Shown: one piece after another, positions 1-9,514 of the stretch | Layout of the letters: every line of letters begins with the position of its first letter | Position numbering within the stretch: position 1 is the stretch's first letter | Source of the DNA: an uncultured virus (IMG/VR IMGVR_UViG_2898099943_000001) | Lineage: Duplodnaviria; Heunggongvirae; Uroviricota; Caudoviricetes | DNA: 64,000 nucleotides | Virus record (IMG/VR): IMGVR_UViG_2898099943_000001 | Location: 62,001 to 126,000 of that record | Reading direction: 5' to 3' (one strand) | Position numbers and translations under genes: made by a program | The notes under the pieces: generated by a model | Told to the model about the DNA's origin: nothing | Databases searched by the model: none | The model's input: only the letters and a program-made list of their open reading frames with translations

Positions 1-1360
1 CATACACATCAAACTGTGCCTCTGTGTGTTCTACACGCTTGTATATATCTTGTGCATTGTCTTCCCAAGCATAAACAGTTTCACCAACTTCTAGCTTAGG
101 TCTATTTAGATACAACGTAATATCACTTGTCATACCACTTCTATCAAAAACAAACTTCATTGTGGTTGCACTAGCCACAATAGTTGCGTAGTATCTTTGC
201 CAATCAGTTGTAACTTTAGTATCATGTGGAGTGTATACAGTCTTCATAAGCCCCGAATATGACTTCCCATTATCTACTGTAACTCTTACACCACTTGTAT
301 TACTATTAGTACTTACCTTTGCAAAGATAGAAACAGAATATGTCTTACCAACTTCCAATCCATCTACTGTAATACTTAGATTAGAACCGTTATGCAATTC
401 AGCTACTTTAGTATGATTATAACTATCATCATTAACTCTACCTAAAGCCTTATCACTAAATTCCCAACCCATAAATTCTCTTGTACCAGTAAAGATATTA
501 GCTTTCTTGACTTGGAAATCATCAATATCATTGGCTAAAGTGTCCTTAGATACCTTACCTTCGAGCTTGCCAGCTAACTGTGTGATATTACTTCCTTGTG
601 TTGTAACAGTCCCTGTCAATACATCTAAGTCTTGCTTTGTGGCTTTTGATTGTAATTCATTTTTAGTTTGAGTAATTTCAGTTTCGTTATGTTCAATGCG
701 TTCTTTATATTCATCAAAGTCTGTGTTAGACATCTTACTATCTAACTTACCATTGATGTTAGTGATTTCAGTTCTAACCTTACCCCAGTCCATTTGTGCA
801 TTGGTTAGGTCATTTCTAACACTAGCTAATTGAGCTGACGTAGCAGTTAAATCACTCTTAGTACTTTCAATAACCGCATTAATTTGTTCAATTTCAGTAT
901 TCTTTTGGTCTATATCACCTTGTATATCGGCTTTAGCTTGTTCTAGCTCTTTATTGATAGCTTTTTGTTCTTCCATGAATTGAGCCATGCTATCATCTAA
1001 TTCTTTTTGAGCATCCTTATAAGCCTGTAATGCCTCTGCCTGTGCTCTCTTAGCGTCTTCCACAGCTTGATTGATAATCTTTTGTGCTTCTTCATCACTT
1101 AACCCTGCGTTAGCCACTTCTTCAAGTCTTTGTTGAAGATTATCGGTAGCTTGTTGTGCATTTTGAGCGGCTTGTGTACTCTCATCTACCTTTTGTTGTA
1201 GGTCGCTAAAACCTTTGCCACCACCTAAAAAGATTTCGTTGATGGCTTCTACTAAATTATCCTTGCTTTCGGTCTTTAATTCCTCGATAACCCCAACGTC
1301 TTTTACGGTAGCGTCATGGTATTCTCCGTTTTCTAAATATTTAATAGTCTTCTTAGCCAT
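1..1360 (-). CDS. Tail fibre/baseplate-associated protein, coiled coil followed by beta-rich (possibly carbohydrate-binding) region; runs off window edge
   Basis: Read manually: ATG at 1360 after GAGGAG; MAKKTIKYLENGEYHDATVKDVG..., long Q/A/E heptad stretch; follows major tail gene. Confidence 0.65.
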   Translation of the reverse strand, partial: MAKKTIKYLENGEYHDATVKDVGVIEELKTESKDNLVEAINEIFLGGGKGFSDLQQKVDESTQAAQNAQQATDNLQQRLEEVANAGLSDEEAQKIINQAVEDAKRAQAEALQAYKDAQKELDDSMAQFMEEQKAINKELEQAKADIQGDIDQKNTEIEQINAVIESTKSDLTATSAQLASVRNDLTNAQMDWGKVRTEITNINGKLDSKMSNTDFDEYKERIEHNETEITQTKNELQSKATKQDLDVLTGTVTTQGSNITQLAGKLEGKVSKDTLANDIDDFQVKKANIFTGTREFMGWEFSDKALGRVNDDSYNHTKVAELHNGSNLSITVDGLEVGKTYSVSIFAKVSTNSNTSGVRVTVDNGKSYSGLMKTVYTPHDTKVTTDWQRYYATIVASATTMKFVFDRSGMTSDITLYLNRPKLEVGETVYAWEDNAQDIYKRVEHTEAQFDVY

Positions 1361-1495
1361 TCAACGAAATCTCTCCTCTACGTATTAATCTCTCTTATTT
1401 CATGAATACTTTCTATTCAATTTTCTAATATGTACGATAGTTCCTATCGCAATGATAGAAACTATTTATGATAGCGCTTACATTTTATGGCTTAA

Positions 1496-2596
1496 TTAGT
1501 CAATAAATGTGTATTCAGCGATTGACTTGTTTTCATCTGGGAACAAGTCAACCTTAATAGATAAGGAAGTTGGTTCTTTAGATGATTGGTTGAATGTGAA
1601 GTCAGATTGTGGACGTGCGTTCATGTAGTGAACTTGTGCAAAATGGTCTTCACCAGTTTCAACTTGACGAATTTGTGCGTCTGCGTAGATTTCAAAGCTC
1701 TTAGGGAACTTGTCAGCAGAAACAGTTAATTTGCTTGCACCTTGTACTTTTGTTTCGTAGTATGCAACGAAGTCTGCATTGATTGGAGCTGCGTCTGATA
1801 ATTGTACCAAACCGCCTTCTTTTAATTCGTATGTCAATGCAGCTTCTGTTGTAGCTGTAGCAGCTTTTTGTGCAGCTTGCTTAGCTGGTTCTGTTGCTTT
1901 AACTGTTGCACCAGCTTCTTCTGTACCTAAAGCTGTTGTTGTTACTTCAACTTCTGCAGATAAAGCTGATTGTCCTTTTTCTGGACTTGTAGCACGTACT
2001 GTGTACTTGTATTTTGTTTCTGGAACTAAATCTGTATCGTTATAGCTGTTTGTAGCAACGTCAGCAATCTTAGCACCATCACGATATAAGATGTAAGTAG
2101 CAGCACCATCAACTTTATTCCATGTGATTGTAGCTGTCTTATCTTTTGCTGTAACAGCAACTTCTTGTGGCATAGCTAATGCTTGGTCGCCACTTGCTAC
2201 CTTTTCAAGAACTTCAACTCTGTGTGAAATTCCATCGCTATCTAATTGGAATACAGACAATGTACCTTCTTTAGGAACAAATGATAGTTTTAATTGCTTA
2301 GAAACAGAACTTTGTAGACGTTCTTTCTTGAAGATGTCGCCTTCTCCTTCTTCAATATCACTACCCATAACCATAGCAAGTAACTTGTTGTCAAAGATTT
2401 CACTTTCGATTGTTAATGTACCTTGACGTCCAGAGTCAAATGCTACTGCGTTGTTATTTTTCTTCTTTGCGTATACTCGGTCTGCCTTATATTCAGCGTT
2501 TGTTGCGTTTGCGTAATCTGCATAGAAGAAGATACGACCTGTTGCTTTATCAATCACTGTAAAGTTAGCAGCGTCTTTCATAGCGTATGTTGCCAT
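1496..2596 (-). CDS. Major tail (tube) protein with inserted fibronectin type III domain
   Basis: Internal FN3 pattern (ITWNKVDGA..Y..YRDG...LVPETKYKYTVRA); position after head-tail genes. Confidence 0.75.
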   Translation of the reverse strand: MATYAMKDAANFTVIDKATGRIFFYADYANATNAEYKADRVYAKKKNNNAVAFDSGRQGTLTIESEIFDNKLLAMVMGSDIEEGEGDIFKKERLQSSVSKQLKLSFVPKEGTLSVFQLDSDGISHRVEVLEKVASGDQALAMPQEVAVTAKDKTATITWNKVDGAATYILYRDGAKIADVATNSYNDTDLVPETKYKYTVRATSPEKGQSALSAEVEVTTTALGTEEAGATVKATEPAKQAAQKAATATTEAALTYELKEGGLVQLSDAAPINADFVAYYETKVQGASKLTVSADKFPKSFEIYADAQIRQVETGEDHFAQVHYMNARPQSDFTFNQSSKEPTSLSIKVDLFPDENKSIAEYTFID

Positions 2597-2618
2597 ATAT
2601 CAAAAACCACCTTTGGTA

Positions 2619-3422
2619 TTAATTTTTATTATTTTTAATTAGCTTGACTTTAGATTGCCAGCTAGTTAATTTCATATTTTTAGTATCGAACTTGCTTGAT
2701 GTGTAGAATGCTAATTCTTCCATATGTGCCTCACGTTCCATATAGCCATTTAGCATATTTACGAATTGGTAGTAAGTTAGGTTTTCAATCACGTCTGCTG
2801 TCATAAATGAGCCAGTTGAGATTTGTAAAATCAATATTTTATCTCCGAACTCACCGCCATTATCATTCTGTTGTTTCTGCAAACGACCAGCGTAAACTTT
2901 CTTCCATATATCAAGTTTCCTATCATTGCTTGCTACATTCTTAGGAGCAATCAAATCTGGGTTCTCTTGATAAAGAGTTATAACCTTGATGTAGTCAGCG
3001 AACTTTTCATATTCTTCTACATCTATAATCCAATCTAACTTCTCACTAACTATCTTTTTACTAGCTGGTAAGAGTTGGAAATCTTCTGGGTCACATTCTA
3101 CCCAATAAGCTAAGCTCTCAATTATATAATCACTAAGCAAAATCTTGTTACCAGTAAGCAATTCGCCTACTTCATTATTTGCCTCTTCATCAAATGCCAG
3201 TAGTAATAGTGATGGAAATTGTTTCTCCATTTCATCTACGATTTCTGGCATACCAGAGAATATCTTTCGTACTGAGTCTGTGAAAGGTCTAGCCTTCATC
3301 ATAAACTCGCTTTCGCCATTCTCTATAATTTCCTTAATCTTTGGTACGTGTATCTTGAACTTATCCTCATACTCAACATCTCGACCTAAAATCAACTTTG
3401 TATAGTTAATCCCCATAGTCAT
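2619..3422 (-). CDS. Phage structural/assembly protein
   Basis: 267-aa ORF coupled within morphogenesis operon. Confidence 0.55.
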   Translation of the reverse strand: MTMGINYTKLILGRDVEYEDKFKIHVPKIKEIIENGESEFMMKARPFTDSVRKIFSGMPEIVDEMEKQFPSLLLLAFDEEANNEVGELLTGNKILLSDYIIESLAYWVECDPEDFQLLPASKKIVSEKLDWIIDVEEYEKFADYIKVITLYQENPDLIAPKNVASNDRKLDIWKKVYAGRLQKQQNDNGGEFGDKILILQISTGSFMTADVIENLTYYQFVNMLNGYMEREAHMEELAFYTSSKFDTKNMKLTSWQSKVKLIKNNKN

Positions 3423-4096
3423 TACCTCATCAAGTCAATAACTTTCATCTGTAATACATAACCACCGAATTTATTGTTTTGGTCGAATAGTTCTGTTAAG
3501 TTACCTTCTTTAATATGTCCCATACCATAATCATCAGAGTCTTGGAACAAGTCATATACACGCATTAGTAATAGGTCACGTCTATCGCCATAATCAGTAT
3601 TCATAATGGATATATCATTCAAAATATAAAACCAAATGTAACCCATTGTGAATTGTTGTGAGAATTGTCGCCATGACTCTTGTGGGATAAAACCAGATAT
3701 ACCCAAACTGATAAATGCTTTTTGTGTTTCTACTGTTTGTGGAATATATCTATAACTAAAGATGTTTTGATTGATTAAATCGTAACTTTCATCTTCGGTT
3801 AAGTCTGGTCTATCCAATGCGTCTGGTGTACTATATTTCAACAACTTACCGATTTGCTTATCTAAACACAACGTTTCTATAATCTTTTGTCGCCAATCAA
3901 CTATCTTCATAATTGAATTTTGATGTTGAAATGGATAACGTCTGTCCATTGTCATACCAGAGTCACCAAGTTGTTTTACACGTTTTTCATCTGGTACTGT
4001 GCTAGGGTCAACAATCATAGGATTGTAGTTTTCTTCTGACCTAGCACGTACATCTTTCATTCTGTCTTCTCTAGTATCAATACCTATGTTTGTCAA
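3422..4096 (-). CDS. Putative tail completion/neck protein
   Basis: GGAGG RBS; operon position. Confidence 0.5.
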   Translation of the reverse strand: MTNIGIDTREDRMKDVRARSEENYNPMIVDPSTVPDEKRVKQLGDSGMTMDRRYPFQHQNSIMKIVDWRQKIIETLCLDKQIGKLLKYSTPDALDRPDLTEDESYDLINQNIFSYRYIPQTVETQKAFISLGISGFIPQESWRQFSQQFTMGYIWFYILNDISIMNTDYGDRRDLLLMRVYDLFQDSDDYGMGHIKEGNLTELFDQNNKFGGYVLQMKVIDLMR

Positions 4097-4121
4097 AATT
4101 TACCCCTCCTATCCCTTGTTT

Positions 4122-4250
4122 TTATTGTGGGAAAATTTTCAAATAATCATCTTTGCTAAATTGGTTTACATCTATCAATAACTGAATATCTTCTTTTGTG
4201 AATAGCCCTAAATCATAGAACTCTTTTACGAACTCATAACCGTATTGCAT
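4122..4250 (-). CDS. XkdX-like small protein (42 aa, not in ORF track)
   Basis: MQYGYEFVKEFYDLGLFTKEDIQLLIDVNQFSKDDYLKIFPQ; follows chaperone-like gene. Confidence 0.7.
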   Translation of the reverse strand: MQYGYEFVKEFYDLGLFTKEDIQLLIDVNQFSKDDYLKIFPQ

Positions 4251-4251
4251 T

Positions 4252-4602
4252 TTACTTGTCCCCCTTAGCATTCATTGCATTTTGCATTACCAATGTTTTA
4301 ACTGCACCTTGTAGCGTTTTAACATCTTTAGCTAAACCAGCAATTAATACCGTTTGCTTAGCTTGTAACTTTTGTTCTAGGGACGGTTCTTCAACCACAC
4401 CATGCTTCTTTAACCATTCACTTTCGGAAATACCAGTCCATGTTTGTGTTTCTGTATTCCATACTGGGTCATACAATCCAACACCATTTTCATCAACAGG
4501 TTCAACTAAAGTTGCATTAGCTGACACTTGAGTGTCATCAGCAATGGTATCTGCACCAATGTATTTAAATGTCTCTTTATTATAAAAGAATATATATCTC
4601 AT
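4252..4602 (-). CDS. Fibre assembly chaperone-like protein
   Basis: ATLVEP..GLYDPVWN..QTW motif plus C-terminal helix; lies between fibre gene and XkdX-like gene. Confidence 0.6.
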   Translation of the reverse strand: MRYIFFYNKETFKYIGADTIADDTQVSANATLVEPVDENGVGLYDPVWNTETQTWTGISESEWLKKHGVVEEPSLEQKLQAKQTVLIAGLAKDVKTLQGAVKTLVMQNAMNAKGDK

Positions 4603-5687
4603 TAATTACCAGCCTTTCTAACTGCACCAAGTTCTTCAACGATTTCGTCGCTCCATATACCCAACTCATAGATTGTTCGAGCAAATATAGCGCGATTTTT
4701 GGCACTGGTACCATCTTTTTTTATTTTAGTCCCATCCCAGTTGTATTTATCTCCATTATTAATTGGATTTTCGACTGTTGTGCCACCAAAAAAGCCACCT
4801 TCCCAGTTAGAATTTTTAAATTCCGAATATAAAATCAATCCTTCTAGTACATTCATAATTGTATCTGGAATTGAATATATTGGAAAACCACATTTCCTAA
4901 GTTGATTTGGTGAGTCTGGTCTAAATATTGCGTCGTTATTCCAATACAAAGAATTATATACAATACAACCATTATCAAATAGAAGTTTCCATGGTTTAGT
5001 GCTTGTGTCTAGCACATACCCAGTTGGTGCGTGTCTTTCGACTTTTGCCTTTAATGAATTGATGAAATCTTGTTCTGAACCAGAATTGCCTAAATCTAAC
5101 CAAATTTGGTAAGCTGATTTACCATCTTGTCCATTCTTTCCATCAACCCCATCACGACCATTAGTGCCATTTATACCATCTTTACCGTTGACACCGTCTT
5201 TGCCATCAGCACCACGTTCACCAGTATCGCCCTTGTCGCCTTTTTCGCCCTTATCACCTTTTTCACCCTTGATTTGCTCTATACTCTCAACCTTTTTAAG
5301 AGCCTCATCAATGCGTTTGTTAAATTCTTCGATTGTGATAACAGGAATGGTTTTACCGTCAACTTCAGCTACGTTCTTATCAATCTTGAATGTGCCATAG
5401 TCTTCATCTGGGTAGATACTGTCTTTATCTTTGTAACTATCCCAAACTTCAACCTCGTAATCATCTGGTGTAAAGTCTTTTAATTTATCTGTTGTTAGGA
5501 CTAACTGATTACCCTTAATTTCTAAGTCGTATTCAGTTAAATATCCTGTATTGTTTTTGATTTTTAATTTATAACTATGTTCTGGGTTTAACTGAACTTC
5601 TTTAATACCACTAATCAAATTGATGGTTAGTTCCGTATTGCTATCTAAATGTTTAAATACTTGTGGTTTAATCTTTAAACTTTTCAC
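4602..5687 (-). CDS. Collagen-repeat fibre protein
   Basis: 17 consecutive Gly-X-Y triplets followed by GKSAYQIWLDLGNSGSEQDFINSLK. Confidence 0.8.
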   Translation of the reverse strand: MKSLKIKPQVFKHLDSNTELTINLISGIKEVQLNPEHSYKLKIKNNTGYLTEYDLEIKGNQLVLTTDKLKDFTPDDYEVEVWDSYKDKDSIYPDEDYGTFKIDKNVAEVDGKTIPVITIEEFNKRIDEALKKVESIEQIKGEKGDKGEKGDKGDTGERGADGKDGVNGKDGINGTNGRDGVDGKNGQDGKSAYQIWLDLGNSGSEQDFINSLKAKVERHAPTGYVLDTSTKPWKLLFDNGCIVYNSLYWNNDAIFRPDSPNQLRKCGFPIYSIPDTIMNVLEGLILYSEFKNSNWEGGFFGGTTVENPINNGDKYNWDGTKIKKDGTSAKNRAIFARTIYELGIWSDEIVEELGAVRKAGN

Positions 5688-5699
5688 TTAAACTTCCTC

Positions 5700-6821
5700 C
5701 TAGAACATGTTTACAATAGTTATTGCTAAATTCTTAACTACACCATTAGCGTCTTTTGCCATGATATTTGATTTTTGACCTACCAATCTTCTATCTTTCT
5801 TAACCCTAATTGCTAAGGTGTTTTCTGTTCTGTCTTGGATAGTAAATGGTAAATCTTCAATATCAGCAGCTACCCATTCTGTTACGTTATAAGGTTGTTC
5901 CACACCTTGTTCATCAGTGTAAACAGTCTTGTATACATAACTTCTACCTAACTTAGCCCTATCTTCACCGACTATCTTCCAGTCAATTTGTGGTTGGTTA
6001 GGTTCTTCTGGTGTATCGCCCGTATTGTCATGATTTTCATCATCTTTAGGCTTATCATCCGTATCTGGATTTGTAGGTGTCGTATCTTCTCCACCCTTAT
6101 CTTTATCTTTGTAATCATCAGCTTGCCAATAATTAGCTATCCCTAGTTCATAGTTATCTATTTCTGGGTTCTTTGTATCTTCATCAAGTAAGAAGTTAAT
6201 CAACCCTACACGAGAGATATTATCGGCAAATTCAATCTTATAAACATTACTACCGATAAATAATCTAGTCCCGATACCCAATTTTCTTGTTTCTTCATTA
6301 TCTTGCAGATATAACATCATCTTGGCATTAACCAATGAAGTATAGTTACCAGCAAAGCTAACACCCAGTGTATACAATGTCTGGTTTTGTACGTATGCTC
6401 CCCAGCCTTCACCGTTGTTACATACCTTGTGACCGTCATAATCTACAATCCATTTCAATTTTTGGTTTACTTCTTTAATCTTTAACTGTTGATGAGTTGG
6501 AATTGTTTTGTGTTCTTCTGTAAATACAAGCCATTCAGACTCACCCCACTGTGGTACGTCCCATTGAAGATAACTACCAACGTTACATTCAACATCATTG
6601 TCTAAGATAAGATACTTATCATCTGACAAGTCTTTGTTGTTAGCTTGTGAATGGTCTTGGAATATAGCATATTCTTTACGACCGTCAATGTAACAAGGAA
6701 ATCTATTCAATGTGTTTTCTGAATAAATCTTATATTCGTGTGCTTTACGTCTGTAATTACGCTCATAAGTATTATCACCTAGAGCTTTCATTCTTCTAAG
6801 ATATGCGTCTGAATATCCCAT
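5700..6821 (-). CDS. Putative head-closure/connector protein
   Basis: 373 aa; acidic Pro-rich linker and beta-rich C-terminus; synteny. Confidence 0.55.
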   Translation of the reverse strand: MGYSDAYLRRMKALGDNTYERNYRRKAHEYKIYSENTLNRFPCYIDGRKEYAIFQDHSQANNKDLSDDKYLILDNDVECNVGSYLQWDVPQWGESEWLVFTEEHKTIPTHQQLKIKEVNQKLKWIVDYDGHKVCNNGEGWGAYVQNQTLYTLGVSFAGNYTSLVNAKMMLYLQDNEETRKLGIGTRLFIGSNVYKIEFADNISRVGLINFLLDEDTKNPEIDNYELGIANYWQADDYKDKDKGGEDTTPTNPDTDDKPKDDENHDNTGDTPEEPNQPQIDWKIVGEDRAKLGRSYVYKTVYTDEQGVEQPYNVTEWVAADIEDLPFTIQDRTENTLAIRVKKDRRLVGQKSNIMAKDANGVVKNLAITIVNMF

Positions 6822-7360
6822 TAAGCCATTTCCCCTAACACTTCTGGATTTCCAAACTCAACTCGTTGCACCATGATTTGAATTTCTTTGTTTAATTTGT
6901 CTTCCATAGATTGTAATTGCTCTAAATACTTATAACCTTGTTGTGCTGCATAATCTCTATCACCGATAGCCTTAACCATTAATTCTTCTGAGTACTTTTT
7001 ATTACGCACCCATTCTAATTTCATAGCTTTAGCCAGCATGATTTCTTCATATCTCGTAAGCTCAACATTGAATTGACCTTTTTCATAATCAACATCAAGT
7101 AGGTCTTTGGCAATATAGTTTACAAAGCCACCTAAAGCATTGCTTAGAAAGCCTTGTAACACTTCGTCTAATTCGCCATCATCATTTTTAGCAATCGCAG
7201 CTATTTCATAACTGTCTATGGAATTTAGAAACAACTTAAACACTTCTTCAAAACTTGTATGTGGCTTTTCTTCCTCAACCACCGTTTCATTCTCATCAGT
7301 TGTTACTTCTTCATTTGTAGTAGGTTGTTCATCTACTACTTTTTCTTCTTCGTTATCCAA
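6821..7360 (-). CDS. Putative head-tail adaptor
   Basis: Synteny after capsid gene; AAAGGAAG RBS. Confidence 0.55.
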   Translation of the reverse strand: MDNEEEKVVDEQPTTNEEVTTDENETVVEEEKPHTSFEEVFKLFLNSIDSYEIAAIAKNDDGELDEVLQGFLSNALGGFVNYIAKDLLDVDYEKGQFNVELTRYEEIMLAKAMKLEWVRNKKYSEELMVKAIGDRDYAAQQGYKYLEQLQSMEDKLNKEIQIMVQRVEFGNPEVLGEMA

Positions 7361-7388
7361 ATGCTAACACTTCCTTTCCAATGGAAGA

Positions 7389-7991
7389 TTAGCCTTTAAC
7401 ATAGTCCAAGAATGTTTCTCGTTCATCTACTGGTCTTGTTGCTTTCAATGCTTGTAGCTTACTATAATCGTTTAATTCACCTTCACGATATAGTGCAACA
7501 GAACGTTCAATGATAGTTTTCTTGATACGACCTTCTAGTTGCACCTTGTATTCTTCCAAAGTGCTATCTTTGATAAAGTCGTCAAGTTCTTCTAGGTCAA
7601 TGTCATATTCTTCTTCCATTTCTTCATCTGAAAGTCCAAGAATAGACTTAAAATATTCTTCATAACTACGGTTTACACGTAAGCTACGTGCAATATCAAT
7701 AACTGAATACTCATCAGAATTTACGTCCACAATGACTAATGAAAAGTCTTCTAAATACCTCTTTAACTGACGTAAATCTTCAAAATTTACAAATTCTTCA
7801 TCACCATATTTTTCCATGCTCAAGGTTAAAACCTTGTTAGGTGATTGGTATTCAAACATTCCATCTGTGTTATTTGCCACAGTGACTTCTACGTCTGCTG
7901 GAATTTGTTTTCTTACTCTCTTTTTTCTTTCATGATTTCTAGCCAACCTACTCACGCTCCAATCTCTTAGTTTGCTAAAATCTCTAAACAT
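7389..7991 (-). CDS. Hypothetical virion-module protein (start uncertain)
   Basis: 200-aa ORF directly after capsid gene. Confidence 0.55.
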   Translation of the reverse strand: MFRDFSKLRDWSVSRLARNHERKKRVRKQIPADVEVTVANNTDGMFEYQSPNKVLTLSMEKYGDEEFVNFEDLRQLKRYLEDFSLVIVDVNSDEYSVIDIARSLRVNRSYEEYFKSILGLSDEEMEEEYDIDLEELDDFIKDSTLEEYKVQLEGRIKKTIIERSVALYREGELNDYSKLQALKATRPVDERETFLDYVKG

Positions 7992-8033
7992 GACAAAGGA
8001 GTCGAACCTTTATCATGTAATCACTTACAGTAA

Positions 8034-9026
8034 TTAAGCTAATTTAGCCATACCGTAAACACGCATTTGCAATACTCCAACACCGAGTTTTCTACGTGTT
8101 GCAAATCCTAATTGCATAGATGTGTTAGATGTTTGGTCTGCTTCGTACACTTCTGTTGTACCTTCTGTAACAACACCAACAATCTTTTCGCCAGCTGGTA
8201 ATACAATAACTTTGTCATCACCAATAGCAAATTCATCTGAGTTTGTCTTAAATGCTTGTGGAATTTCAATTAATTTCAAGCCACGAACCATTCCCAAGTA
8301 ACCTTTTTGGTTAAGTTCGTTCTTCATATCGCCACTGTATAATTGAACATTGTCTAAAGCAGCGATTTTAGCTAATGCAGAAGCTGTACCATAGATAGCA
8401 ACTTCTTTACCACCAGACTTAATCTTGATACGTTGTGCTAACTTAACAAGACCATCAAGTGTTAAGCTACCTTCAATTTTGTCGTTTGCACCTAATAGTG
8501 TGTATGATTGTTCCAAACCTTCTGCAATACGTTCTTCGATAAATGATACGAAACCGTCAGCAACACGATTTACAAGGTCTGTCCAATCAATATCTCCAGC
8601 CATGAATTGTTCAAATTCAGCATATACAGCTGCTCCATACCATTCTGTTTCGATTGTGAATGAACGACCTGTAATTGTTTGTCTACGCATGTCGTTTGCA
8701 CCACCAGCGATACGTCCTACACGAACTGCTTTAGGGTCATTGTATGTGAACAATGGTTTGTCGCCTAAGTTAGCTGTACGGTAGTCTGCAAAACCGTCTA
8801 ATTGGTTCTTCAAACGTTCTGGGATAACAACATCTAAAGCTGTTTGTAAGATACTAAATACTTCCCACTTGTTCTTTCCCCAAGATACTGATGTAAATTC
8901 GCCACCCAAAGCGTCTTTAACAGCGTTACGCATTGCGTCAGAAGCAGAAACGTTGTTAAATTCAAGGTTGCGATTATGATAAGCGTCTTTAGCTAATTTT
9001 GCTAAATCTTTCATTTCGATTGCCAT
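8034..9026 (-). CDS. Major capsid protein
   Basis: 330 aa, highly-expressed codon bias, order portal-protease-decoration-capsid as in SPbeta-like phages. Confidence 0.85.
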   Translation of the reverse strand: MAIEMKDLAKLAKDAYHNRNLEFNNVSASDAMRNAVKDALGGEFTSVSWGKNKWEVFSILQTALDVVIPERLKNQLDGFADYRTANLGDKPLFTYNDPKAVRVGRIAGGANDMRRQTITGRSFTIETEWYGAAVYAEFEQFMAGDIDWTDLVNRVADGFVSFIEERIAEGLEQSYTLLGANDKIEGSLTLDGLVKLAQRIKIKSGGKEVAIYGTASALAKIAALDNVQLYSGDMKNELNQKGYLGMVRGLKLIEIPQAFKTNSDEFAIGDDKVIVLPAGEKIVGVVTEGTTEVYEADQTSNTSMQLGFATRRKLGVGVLQMRVYGMAKLA

Positions 9027-9049
9027 AATAATCTAATTCCTACCTTTCG

Positions 9050-9496
9050 TTAACCAAATGCGATAACGAATACTTCGCCATCTAAACCATGATTTTCTTT
9101 GCCGATTACTAAACCAACACCGTTACCAGATGAAGCCTTCTTGAAACCTAAACCAGCGTCACCAACGTCAACATGGTCGCCAACTGCTGCACCAGATACC
9201 AAATCTTTTGTTACAGAAATGATTGTACCTTCATCTTTGTGGTATGCACGTCCTGTATCTCCGTCTTTCAATGTAACGTTTGCTACGTCAAAGTGTGGGT
9301 CACCATAGCTAATTACTTCTGGTGCTAAGAATACATTTGCGTCTGCATTTCCTGTTGCCTTTTCTACCAAGCGGCGTTCTCCATCAGCGTCTAATACACC
9401 TAATTTGAAGAATTGTCCTGGCTTAACTTCTTCTTTGATTGCGATAGATTCTACGTGAGCTGTTGCAGCTACTCTATCTAAAAATACTTGTGCCAT
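9050..9496 (-). CDS. Capsid decoration protein
   Basis: 148 aa, Gly/Val-rich, between scaffold and capsid genes. Confidence 0.65.
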   Translation of the reverse strand: MAQVFLDRVAATAHVESIAIKEEVKPGQFFKLGVLDADGERRLVEKATGNADANVFLAPEVISYGDPHFDVANVTLKDGDTGRAYHKDEGTIISVTKDLVSGAAVGDHVDVGDAGLGFKKASSGNGVGLVIGKENHGLDGEVFVIAFG

Positions 9497-9514
9497 ATTT
9501 AATAACTGTCCTTT

